Positions 25,519 to 37,614 of a stretch of 64,000 nt of DNA are shown piece after piece. This DNA is from Leucoraja erinacea (taxonomy: Eukaryota). The notes beneath the pieces are model-generated. The model was given only the letters and a program-made list of their open reading frames with translations, had not been told where the DNA came from and made no database searches. Numbering within the stretch: position 1 is the stretch's first letter; the number at the start of each line of letters is the position of its first letter. Where the stretch lies: contig NC_073394.1 of NCBI RefSeq assembly GCF_028641065.1, forward strand, positions 34,100,001 through 34,164,000, written 5' to 3'. A program made the translations under genes and the position numbers.

Positions 25519-28500
25519 ATTTTACTTCGGAGTCACATGAGGAAGGGCTGTCCGTCGGCATGCGCGGCATTACGTCTGAAAGCTACGCGCAACGACCAAC
25601 TGGTTGGGGCGCTGCGGCCTCCCAACGGTTGGGTTTAAAAAGCGGCAGGTAAATTTTTAAAACTTATCTGCGGTCTTTTGCGGGTGTGAAAATTGTTGTA
25701 TTTTCAGGAACCCGAGATGTCCAAAGTAAAGAGACGGTCAGTGGGGAAGTCAGCTACCGAAGACCGCGGTATTCTGGGTAGCGGGCGACTGTCTCTTTCG
25801 CCGACATTGCCGCCGGCAGCAGAGCCGGCAGAAGCAGATTTGGTGCGGGAGGAGAGCACTGTGGTGGTCCCGGCGGGACGTAAAGCCAAACATAAGTCTC
25901 CCATTGACTCAGATGAGTCCGGGGAGGAGGGAAGCGTCCGTGGACAACTATCCCACATGGAGCAACTTGTGGAGAAGTTGCTCCATAATGATCTGCTCCG
26001 TAGGAGGGAGCAGTATCAGCACGGGTCTCCACAGCAGACCGTGCCAGCAGACCCTTATATGGGGTAACATAATACCTTCTCCATTGAAGGGGGAAGTTCA
26101 TCAGGAAGACATTATCCTGAATCATAATATGGAAGCACAGTGGGGGAACATTCCCAGGGACGTGGAGAGGAAGTGCCACTGCAGTCATCCAGGTTCCCCA
26201 TTACAACGCCACTGGGTGCCCCCCTGGATGAAGATCTGGCTAGCAACATCAATTACTTAGCAGCCCATCAGTTAAAAGACCTGGCCATGGAAGAAACCAT
26301 GAACAGGTACCCCCCCACCTGCAAACTGTGCTTCCCTAAATATCCATGCTGTGAATCATGCCATCTGGGGACAGATTGGACCAGTTATGCTGCACAGTAT
26401 ACAAGGGTTCAAAATTGAGTTCAATTTGGAATCAGGAGATGAAATTCCAAAAAGTACTAAAATTAGTGGCTTCTGGCATCACATCATTCGCAAAAGGAGT
26501 GGAAGGAGGACTTCTCAGCGATAGAGAGCAAAACACCATTGCATTATTATGCAATGCCCATTTTGAGATTAATTGCTTGCGTAAGAACGCAATAAGGCCA
26601 TCAATTAACTCAACATTTGATGTGCTATGTGTAAAGGTGCTTAGTCTGACACACTAACCTTTACTAAAGCGTTTATTAAAGCACATGGTACACACGTCCC
26701 AGCACTGGCTGCATCCAGCCTTCAGGCATACCGGGACCAAATGGGAGGAAACAAGGGGAGGATATCGTAGTTATACTGATATGATGGGGCGTGTTAATGG
26801 TGATGAGGTAGCTACATTATAGGTTGCATGCATAAACCATCTACATCCTTTCCCTTACAATTTAAACAAAGTAACAGTAATAGCAGGTTGATTATATAGC
26901 ACCTGCAAAGCTAAACAAAGTCTCCGTAGCGAGCCGGAGGTTTGATAATCCGACCAGAGCGAGTGCGCACAGCACCCTCATCCTCCCCACCCGAAAGAAG
27001 AGGAGGAGGAACGGGAACAGGAACAGGAGGGAGAGAAAAGTCAGGCGGAGACCCCGGCTTGAAAGGAGAACCGAGAGGCACAGGTGAACCAGGTGAAACA
27101 GAAGGGGTAGAATGAGCAGAAGGCGGAGAGAGAGAAGAACTGACAGGGGGCGAACAGGCCAGAGAAGCGAAACCAGGAAGAGCAGAGGGAGGAAACCGGG
27201 GCAAGCGAACCGAGCGTGGCATGCAGCGGGCAGAGGGTAAGTTAGCGGAGGAGGGCTCGATACGCGATGGAGGGGTATAAGGAACAGCAGGAGGTGGTTT
27301 AGGCTCGTTGACCGTCAACAGGTGCTGGCGGCTACGCCGGTAGATAGTCCCCTCAAAGTCCACCAAGTAGGAACGTGGCGAACCGTCGACCCCAACCACG
27401 GTGGCGAGCCGGGAGAAACCGGTAGACGTCTGTAAGCGGACGACCTGGCCAGGCAGCAGTGGGGATAGAGGGCGGCAGGACTTGTCGTGCGAGCGGCGCT
27501 GGATTTCGTGCTTCTGAGTAATCCGTTGCTGGACAGCAGCAGGCTGTAGGACCCTGGGCACCAGGGACTGCTGGGCGATCGGCATCGGAGGGCGAATGAC
27601 GCGGGACATGAGCCGTTGGGCAGGGGATCGCATGGTACTGTCCCTGGAGATATTTCGAAGGTTCAACAGACCCTGGTAGAAATCACCATTTGAGAGATGG
27701 GATTGTTCAAGCATGTGCTTTGCACTGCGCACAGCACGTTCAGCCAGTCCATTGCTCTGCGGGTACTCCGGGCTGCTGGTGTAATGATTGAAGTTCCACT
27801 TCGCAGCGAAAGCTTTAAACTCAGCACTAGTAAATTGACAGCCGTTGTCGGTCTGCAGCCGAACGGGGGAACCAAACGTGGCGAAGTGTCGTCGGAGCTT
27901 GCAGATGACCATCTCTGAGGTGATGGCAGGGAGAAGGTCCACCTCGAACCAATTCGAGTAAGAATTGACTAACACGAAGTACTGCTTTCCACGCCATTCG
28001 AAAATATCGGCAGCCAGCGATGACCAAGGCATGTCAGGGGCAGGCTGTTGCAGCAGCGGCTGTCGCTGCTGATGCGGGGCAAGAGAGTTGCAGTCCGGGC
28101 AGGAGGCCACCCTGGCCTTGATGTACTTCGCCATGCCCGGCCAATAGTATTGTTCCTGGGCATGCGAGATGGTGGCGTCGGCCCCAGGATGCCCCAAGTG
28201 GGCAGCATTGAAGTACAAGCTGTACAGCGAGGCAGGGACGACCACCTTGTGGCCCTTGATGATAATACCGTCGATGAGCACCAGCTCATCACGAACCAGG
28301 AAGAAAGGGTGAACGCCAGCAGATAAAGAGTTGCGTTTGACAGGCCATCCACGCTTGATGACAGCAGCAAGCTGTTGCAGATCAGGGTCGTTGGCGGTGT
28401 GCTCAACCAGGCACTGGAGCTGCTTGGAAGGGACGGAGTTCACGTTCAGTACCTGTAGGTCTTCCTGCTCGAATGGGTGTTGGTCGCAAGAGGTCCGGGG

Positions 28501-31500
28501 GGCCTGGGACAGCGCGTCACCCACATGCATTTCGGTGCTCCTCTTATAGATGATTTTAAAGTCAAACAGCTGCACCTGCAGCATCATCCGCTGTAGCCTG
28601 GCTGGAACGATGTGTATAGGCTTGTTAAGGATTGTCACCAGGGGTTGATGATCCGTCTCCACGGTGAACCTGGTGCCAAAGAGGAAGTCTTTAAACTTGG
28701 AACAAGCGAACACAACTGCCAGCAGCTCCTTCTCTATCTGCGCGTAGCGCTGCTCCGTGTCAGTCATGGTCCTAGAGGCATAGGAGACAGGCTGCAGCGA
28801 ACCATCATCATGCGGCTGCAGGCAAGCAGCACCCAGTCCAAAACGAGAAGCGTCGCACGTAACTACAACTGGACGATGTAAATCAAAGAACCGCAGAGTG
28901 GGTGTGCTGATCAGCTTCTTCTTCAGTAGGTCGAAAGCCTGCTGGTGGTGTGGGAACCAGGACCAGGCAATGTCCTTTTTAGTAAGTTGTCTCAGGGGTG
29001 CGCTCAACTCGCTGAGGCCTGGGATAAACTTGCCCAGGTAGTTGACCATACCCAGGAAGCGCTGTAGACTGGCAACATCTGTGGGGGCAGGCAGCTCGGA
29101 GATGGCGTTAGTCTTTTGCGGGTCAGGCTTCAACCCGTTGGCCGTGAAAATGTGGCCAACATACGGGACCTCAGGCACCCGGAACCTGCATTTTGATGGG
29201 TTCAGCTTGAGATTGATCTGCCGTGCGTGGTCCAGAATCCTTCGTAGGTGGCGGTCATGATCAGCCACATCCCTGCCGTAGACCAGAATGTCTTCCACAA
29301 TAATCGCACAGGGCAGACCTGCAAACAATTGTTCCATAGAACGCTGGAATACCTCACTAGCGGAGTTGATGCCGAACGGCATCCACAAGAATTTAAACCT
29401 GCCGAAGGGTGTACCGAATGTTGTCAAGTCCGAGGAGTGTTTGGCCAGGGGTATTTGCCAAAATGAACTCCTGGCATCGAGGACGGAAAACACCGTGGCT
29501 TGTCCGACCTGGGCGGTAACATCTACAACGGTCCTCATTGGGTAGTGGGGCCGCCTAATCGCCAAATTCAAGTCCTTGTGGTCGATGCATACCCGTATCT
29601 CGTTTTTTTCCTTTTTTCATCATGGCGACCATGGTGGAGACCCATTCGGTGGGCTCGCTGACAGGCTCCAGCACTCCCTTGTCAACCATATCCTTCAGCA
29701 TGTCGACATTGCCCCCGACTCTGAGCTCATCTATTCCATGGGAGAGGCAAGTGTTACGGAACTCAATACATATGTGCAATATAAACATTTCAAAATGGAT
29801 AATTTTGGAACAGCTATACAGTTGATTTCCAAAAATGGTTATATGGCATGCATCGACCTTAAGGATGCACACTATTCGGTGTCTATTCACAAAGAGCACA
29901 GGAGATATTTGAAGTTTAACTGGATGTGTCAATTATGACAATACAAGGCATTGCCACATGCGCTGACGTCAGCCCCCAGACTATTCACAAAACTACTGAA
30001 ACCAATTCTGGGTCTATCACGGTCTCAGAATCACATAGTCATGGCGTATTTGGATGACATTTTTATTTTTGGGGTCACCAAAGAATTGGCAGAATCATCA
30101 GACATAGCAACTAAAACCATGTTTGAGAGACTTGGTTTCCTCATCCATCCAGTTAAATCAAAATTGACACCTACCAAGGTTATTGATTGCCTCGGGTTTA
30201 CAATTAACACAGTTCATATGTTAGTGACGTTGCCCAGGGGCAAACAACTAGATCTAACAAAAGCCTGCAATGACCTTATAGTCAAATATAAGCCGTCTAT
30301 CAGGCAGACAGCGAGTGTGATTGACAAATTAGTAGCTGCATTTCCAGCAGTATGTTACAGGCCTTTGCATTATCAAAGTTTACAACGAGCAAAGGAACGA
30401 GCACTCAAATCCCATGCGGGTCAATTTGGTAAACCTATGCGATTGCCAGCTGAGGCCATTGTTGAATTACAATGGTGGGTGACGAACATATGTCATAGCT
30501 CAAGGGAAATCTTGCTTGAAACCCCATCGGTGGTCCTACAAACCGATGCAAGTGGTTTAGGATGGGGAGCCACTGACACAGTCAAGAGCTGTGGGGGTAG
30601 ATGGAATGAGCAGGAGTCTGTAATTCTTCAACAACATGGAATCAATTACCTAGAATTGTTGGGGGCACATTATGGGCTCAAGGCTTTGTGCAGCAACATG
30701 CAACATGTGCATGTTCAGATTCAGATAGATAACACTACAGCGGTGGCATATATTAATCACATGGGTGGTGTTAAATCTGTATCTTGTGACAGATTGTCAA
30801 ATCTTATCTGGCACTGGTGTATCGAGAGGGATATTTGGGTCACGGCTGTCTATCTACCAGGTAGATACAACACGGTGGCAGATGCCAGGTCACGGATATT
30901 TAATGACAACACAGAATGGATGTGGAATCGTGCAGTATTCAACAAAATAACCACACGATTTGGCATTCCAGATATTGATCTGTTTGCATCCAGATTTAAA
31001 CCATCAGTTACCCAAATGTGTGTCCTGGGAGCCAGATCCAGGAGCAGTGGCAGTGGATGCTTTCACCCTCAATTGGGGAGGATTTTCATGTATGCATTTC
31101 CTCCATTTTGTCTCATCAGCCGATGCTTGACAAAAATCAAGCAAGATAAAGCCACAGGCATATTGGTAGTGCCAGATTGGCCTACACAAGCCTGGTTCCC
31201 GAATATCTTGGGAATTATAACCCAGCCATTAATGGCTGTACCCAAGAGCAGGGACCTCCTAGTGCACCCAGTTACGGGGAGCAACCATCCACTACATGAC
31301 CAAATCAATTTATTGGTTTGCTGATTCTGAGGAGGCCATACCAAGGTCTTGGACTGTCCAAACGAACTGTGGATGTGATCACAGCGGCATGGAGGGACAG
31401 TACAAAAAAACAGTACGTCTCGCATATCAAGAAGTGGGAAATGTTCTGCATGGCCAACAAAATTTCATACAACACAGTTCGAATCACGGATGTACACGGA

Positions 31501-32875
31501 TGTTCCTATCCACCCTGTACTATGACCATAAATTAAGCTATAGTGCAATCAATAGTGCCAGAAGTGCATTATCCTCCTATTTAATGCTGGAGGCAGGGCA
31601 TAGGTCGATAGGAACGCACCCTCTCAGAATCAAATTTATGAAGGGTATTTACAATTCTATACCTCCAAGGCCAAGGTACTGGAATGTGAGTGTGGTGCTA
31701 ACTTTACTTCGACAGTGGAGACCGCCGATGGCCTTACCAATATCAAAACTCACCCTGAAGGTGGTCATCCTGATGGCGCTGGTAACAGCACAGAGTCCAG
31801 ACTCTGCAAAATTTGCGACTGGACTATATGACCACCAATATCAACAAGATAACTTTTGTCATCAGGGACTTGATAAAACAGAGCAGGCCAGGAATGCCAG
31901 GGATTAAGATAGAGCTCTTGGCATATCCTGAGGACCCACGGTTGTGTGTGGTAACACATTTACATCATTATCTGAGAATCACGAGGAACCTCAGAGACTC
32001 TGAGCTATCGGTCCTGATCAGTCATAAAAAACCTCATCAGAAGGTATCAACTCAAACCATCTCCAGATGGTTAAAGGAGGTTATGGCGGAAGCGGGAGTG
32101 AACATTGACATTTTAAATCTCACTCCACCAGGGCTGCATCTACGTCGGCAGCAAGAGCAATGGACGTGCCCCTCGACGACATCCTAGCGGCTGCAGAATG
32201 GGCAAATAAACGGATGTTCCACCGGTTTTACAATAAACCTATAACCGGACTGGGGGTGTTTGCACGTACCGTTTTAAGTTCTGTTTCCTAGTTTCCCCCC
32301 AGATTGGGAGGGGTAACTATTAAAAATGTTCTTTTCATTTTAAAGCATCAGTGTCATTACTTAACTACGTTATGTCTGAATGCTTTAAGGACTATACTCA
32401 TCCATGGTCAATCCATTCAGTGAGTGACGCCTGGATTCGTAACCGGCGTGAAATCACAGAGCTTTGATATCTTCACGTAGTCACTCACGTGACTCCGAAG
32501 TAAAATAGTAAGATTAAACGAGAACTTACCAGTTTGAAGTTTGATCTTGATTTTATGAGGAGTTACGATGAGCGATTACCTGCCCACCGCTCCCACCCTC
32601 ATACTATCAAGGACATATGGAAGTTCTAGTTTCTTCACAATCTTACTATTCTTAGGTCTTCTTTTTTATCTGTGATTTTACACCGCTGCTTTGAAGATTG
32701 ACTCGCACGCAGACGGGCGGCCCTTCTTCACGTGATCGCTCATCGTAACTCCTCAAAAATCAAGATCAAACTTCAAACTGGTAAGCTCGTTTAATCTTAC
32801 TATTTTACTTCGGAGTCACGCGAGTGACTACGTGAAGATATCAAAGCTCTGTGATTTCACGCCGGTTACGAATCC
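25519..32875 (+). mobile_element. DIRS1-like retrotransposon (copy 2): gag, RT/RNase H, methyltransferase-like domain, YR, ICR; interrupted by Gypsy
   Basis: Left end attttacttcggagtcac; gag ATG 25717; RT IDLKDAHY/YLDD; RH TDAS..GWG, INYLEL, DNTTAV; MT DIDLFASR/YAFPPF; YR 31330-32290 (SARSALS, SHSTRAASTS); ICR 32470-32580; right ITR to 32804 plus a fold-back extension. Confidence 0.93.
26630..29735 (-). mobile_element. Gypsy (Mag-type) LTR retrotransposon, 3' part (RT-RH-IN ORF of 886 aa and 3' LTR), nested in DIRS copy 2
   Basis: ORF 26911-29571: LDARSSFWQ, IVED, CDAS, EKELLA, integrase HHCC and D-D-E, RTRSGR tail. PPT (gtaagggaaagga) and LTR 26630-26845 (TG..CA). 5' LTR and gag absent. Confidence 0.93.
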
Positions 32876-34070
32876 GTTATTTTCTGGCATGAGAAATGCA
32901 ACATTGACTCTAATGAAAGCAAAGCAGGCCCAAGGGGTGGAATAATCAACTTTGCTCCTGTTTCTAATTATTTTTTTTGTTATGAGCAAAGCATTTCTGC
33001 CTGTCATGCCTCATTCAGTGTGGTATTGTCAATATCAAAGTGTCTGAGGTCCCGAGCTATGATAGCAGACCAGGTACATGGATAGGATAAGTTTGAAGGG
33101 ATATGGACCAAGTGCAAACAGGTGGGGATGTGCAGCTGGGACATGTTGGGCGAGTTGGCCTGTTTCCACATTGTATCACTCTATGACCAGCATTCAAATC
33201 TGCCGCTCTTCAGACTGCTCATGGGACTCCTGGTCCAGAGAAAAAGATAGGTGCAGGAGGAAGCCATTTGGCCCTTTGAGCCAACACAGCTGAAGTGGTT
33301 GTTCCTCATCAACTAATACACATATTGACAGATTAAGATCTTGTTCCAAGAAATATGAGATGACAGGAGATTACGTGTAGCTGCATGGATATCTGTCAAC
33401 ACAACTTCATAGGCAAATAACGCTCAGATATGGTTTAGTGAGTTCTGATGTGACTAATGAGGCCATTGTTGGAACCAGAAGCCCTTCTATAGATAGGGCA
33501 TGCAACTGCTGGGGAAAGTTGGTGGATAGCATGCGAGGTGATACACTCTTTCTGACTCTTAGGCAGCATTCCTGTGTCCTTTATATATGGCCTCAAAGCT
33601 TTGAGGTCAAGGATTTACAGGCTGTAGTACGGTTATTGCATTTCTTCTAAGGGCTTTGAGTGCATCCTTAAATGTAGCTCCTGAGATATGTAAGTTGTTT
33701 ATTTTTTCCATGGTCCATATTTTCCATGGTGAACTGTGAAACATGCACTCACACAAATGTCACCTGCATATTCCACCTCAGCTCCTGGGATACGGGGGAT
33801 AGGGAGTTGTTCTTGGTTCTGAAACGTAGTTGCTGTAGATTAACTGCTTCTCTGGTTAGATCCACTCCCAGAGTCAAAGATCACAGAAATAGGCCTTTCA
33901 GCGCAAATTGCCCATGTCGACCAAGATGCCCAATGTATTCTTGTCCCATTTGCCTGCATTTGACACTTATCACTCTAAACCTTTACTCGTTAGCTACCCG
34001 TTATGTGTCTTTTAAATGCTGTTAAAATACTGACTTCATCTACCTCCTCAGGCAGCTCATTCCATATACC

Positions 34071-35463
34071 ATTCCATCTGGGCATGCGCATGGGCCCAAG
34101 CTATGCCTGCCTCTTTGTAGGGTTCATTGAACAATCCTTGCTCAAGGCGTACTATGGCCCGATCCCCGAACTCTACCTCCGCTGCATCGACAACTTCATT
34201 GGTGCTACCTCCTGCACCCATACGGAACTCACTGACTTCATCCATTTCACTACTATCTTCCATGCGACACTCAAATACACCTGGACCATTTCCAACATCT
34301 CCCTACCTTCTCTAGATCTCACTGTCTCCATCAGAGGTGACAGACTACTGACCGACATCTACTATAAACCCACTGACTCCCATGGCTATCTGAACTACGC
34401 GTCTTCCCATCCTGCTTCCTGCAAGGACGCCATCCCCTACTCCCAATTCCTCCGTCTACGCCGCATCTGCACCCAGGGTAAGGTGTTCCAAACCAGGGCA
34501 TCCGAGATGTCCTCATTCATTAGGAAACGGGGGTTCCACTCTTCTACTATAGATGACGCTCTCACCAGGGTCTCTTCTATACCCCATAACTCTGCTCCCA
34601 CTCCCCATCCCCCCCCACTCGTAACAAGGGCAAAGATCCCCTTGTCCTCATATTCCATCCTACCAGCCGCCACATACAACAAATAATCCTCTGATATTTT
34701 CGCCACCTCCAACGGGAGCCACATCTTCCCATCTCCTTCCCTTTCAGCTTTCCGCAGAGACCGCTCTCTCCGTATCTCCCTGGTCAATTCGTCCCTTCAT
34801 ACCCAAACCACCCCCTCTCCTGGCACTTTCCCTTGCAACCGCAGGAAATACTACCCTTGTCTCTTTACCTCCCCCCTTGACTCCATCCAAGGACCCAAGC
34901 AGTCTTTCCAGGTGCGGCAGAGGTTCACCTACACCGCCTCCAACCTCATCTATAGCATCCGCTGCTCTAGGTGTCATCTGCTCTACATCGGTGAGACCAA
35001 GGGTAGGCTTGGCGATCACTTCACCCAAACACCTCTGCTCAGTTCGCAATAACCAACCTGATCTCCCGGTGGCTCAGTAGTTCAACTCGCCCTCCCATTC
35101 CAAATCCAACCTTTCTGACCTGGGCCTCCTCCATGGCCATAGTGAGGCCCACCGTAAATTGGAGGAGCAGCACCTCATATTTCCCTTGGGTAGTTTGCAC
35201 CCCAGCGGTATGAACATTGACCTCCAATTTTAGATAGTCCCTGCTTTCTCTTTCTTTCCCCTCCCCTTCCCAGCTCTCCCACAGCCCAAAGTCTCCACCT
35301 TCTTCTTTTCTTCTTCCCACCCACCCTCACATCAGTCTGAAGAAGGGTCTCGACCCGAAACATCACATATTTCCTTCGCTTTATAGATGCTGCCTCACCC
35401 TCCAGCATTTTTGTCAACCTTCGATTTTCCAGCATCTGCAGTTCCTTCGTAAACAGCTCTTAA
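34071..35463 (+). mobile_element. Penelope-like element, 5'-truncated (RT C-half, GIY-YIG endonuclease, terminal hammerhead-like motif)
   Basis: GMRMGPSYACLFVG, YLRCIDN, YYKPTDSH, IPYSQFLRLRRIC; NLIYSIRC..C.LLYIGETK. Flanked by the 14-bp duplication tcattccatatacc (34057-34070 and 35464-35477). Confidence 0.9.
35337..35364 (+). ncRNA. Minimal type I hammerhead-ribozyme-like motif
   Basis: CUGAAGA-A-GGGUC uc GACCC-GAAAC-AUC in the PLE 3' terminal region. Confidence 0.62.
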
Positions 35464-36261
35464 TCATTCCATATACCTATCACTTTCTGAGTGAAAATAT
35501 TACTCCTCAGGTTCATATCTTAATTCTCACCTTAAACCTATGTTTTCTATGTCTTTATTCCTCTACCCTGGGAAAAAGACTGTGCATTCACTCTCTATCT
35601 ATTCTTAAACACGTTTATAAGATCACTCCTTATCCTCCTGTGTTCCAAGGAATAACGTCCCAGCCTGTTCAGCCTTTCCGTATAGCACAGGCTCTCAAGT
35701 CCTGGCAACGTCCATGTAAATCTTCTCTGCACTCTTTCCAGCTTAACAATATCCTTCCTATAGCATGGTGACCAAAACTGAACACAATATTCTAAGTGCG
35801 GTCTCACCAATGTCCTGTACAACTATAACATAACATCCCAACTTCTCTACTCAATATTCTGACAGATTAAGGGCAATGTAACAAAAGCCTTCTTCACCAC
35901 CCTATCTACCTGTGAGGCCATTTTCTGGGAACTATGTACCTGCATGCCTAGGTCCCTCTGCTCTACAACATTCCCCAAGGTCCTGCCATTCACTGTGAAG
36001 GACCTGCCCTGGTTTGACTTCCCAAAATTCAATACCTCGCATATATCTCCATTAAAATCCATCAACCATTCCTCCGCCCCCTTGCCCAGCTGATCAAGAA
36101 CCTGCAGTATTTTTGGTAACCATCTTCGCTATCTACAATACCACCCACTTTAGTGTCATCTGCAAACTTACTAATCATGCCTTGTGCATTCTCATCCAAA
36201 TCGCTGATACAAACCACAAATCGCAATGGGCCCATCACCAATTCATGAGGCACCTCAGTAG

Positions 36262-36700
36262 TCATATAACCATATAACAATTACAGCACGGAAACAGGCC
36301 ATCTCGACCCTTCTAGTCCGTGCCGAACACATAATCTCCCCTAGTCCCATATACCTGCGCTCAGACCATAACCCTCCATTCCCTTCCCATCCATATAACT
36401 ATCCAATTTATTTTTAAATGATAAAAACGAACCTGCCTCCACCACCTTCACTAGAAGCTCATTCCACACAGCTACCACTCTCTGAGTAAAGAAGTTCCCC
36501 CTCATGTTACCCCTAAACTTCAGTCCCTTAATTCTCATGTCATGTCCCCTTGTTTGAATCTTCCCTACTCTCAGTGGGAAAAGCTTTTCCACGTCAACTC
36601 TGTCTATCCCTCTCATCATTTTAAAAACCTCTATCAAGTCCCCCCTTAACCTTCTGCGCTCCAAAGAATAAAGCCCTAACTTGTTCAACCTTTCTCTGTA
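36262..36700 (-). mobile_element. Younger CR1 3' fragment nested in the older CR1
   Basis: LGLYSLERRRLRGDLIEVFK..FFTQRVV; (catataac)n tail. Confidence 0.85.
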
Positions 36701-36746
36701 ACGAAGTCACTCTGTAGTCACAGGCATCCTGTCCGAAAATCAACCT

Positions 36747-37254
36747 CAATAGTCAATAGTCAATAGTCTATTTAATTGTCATTTGGACCCCTGGAGGTCC
36801 AAATGAAATGCCGTTTCTGCAGCCATACATTACACACAAATAGACCCCAGACACAACATAATTACATTTTACATAAACATCCATCACATAGCTGTGATGG
36901 AAGGCCAAATAAACTTATCTCTCCACTGCACTCTCTCCCCCCCGATGTCAGAGTCAAAGTCAAAGCCCCCGGCTGGCGATGGCAATTGTCCCGCGGCCAT
37001 CAAAGCCACGCCGGGTGGTGCGAGGTCGCACACCGGGTCTTGGTGTTAAAGACCCCGGTGTGCGCTCGCAGAGTCCCGCGGCCGTTCCAAGCCGCGCGGG
37101 GCAGTGGTGCTAGGCCCCGCTCCAGGAGCTCTTCGACCCCACAACTCGGGCGGGAGAAGTCGCCGCTGCAGGAGCCCCGAAAAGCGGTCTCCCTCCAGGG
37201 ATCCGCGGGCTCCCGGTGCCGCCGTCCGCAGACCCGCAGTAGCAGCCCCCGCAT

Positions 37255-37286
<32 letters not shown>

Positions 37287-37614
37287 CTCAGCTCGGCAGC
37301 GCTCCTCCACCGCTCCACCCGCTCCGGTCTCGGCCAGCCCCGCGACGGTGACGGTGAGTCGTCGGCACCAGAGTCCCCGGCTTCTTCCTGTTGGAGGCCG
37401 CTCCTCGTTGCGGCCCCAACGACAACTGAGACCCGACGAGAAAAGGTCGGGTCTCCAGTGCAGGGAGAGATTCAAAAGTTTCCCCCCCCCTCCCACCCCC
37501 CACACACACCCCAACATAAAATAACAAAAACTACATAAAAACACAGACAAAAAATAATAAAAACGCGGACAGGCTGCAGAGGCCGCTGCTGACCAGAGTC
37601 GCGCCGCCTACCGC
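36747..37614 (-). mobile_element. Near full-length GC-rich non-autonomous retroposon (SINE-like, Rex1-type tail)
   Basis: Inserted in CR1 (aatcaacct|ccaccatcaccctc). Tail TGACAATTAAA(TATTGAC)n; internal (CAG)n at 37254-37284; homologous to 474-927. Confidence 0.82.

Noticed and set aside
36776-37550. Overlapping ORFs with poly-Ser, poly-Ala or poly-Cys
   Set aside because: By-products of a GC-rich SINE-like repeat containing (CAG)n; no protein motif.
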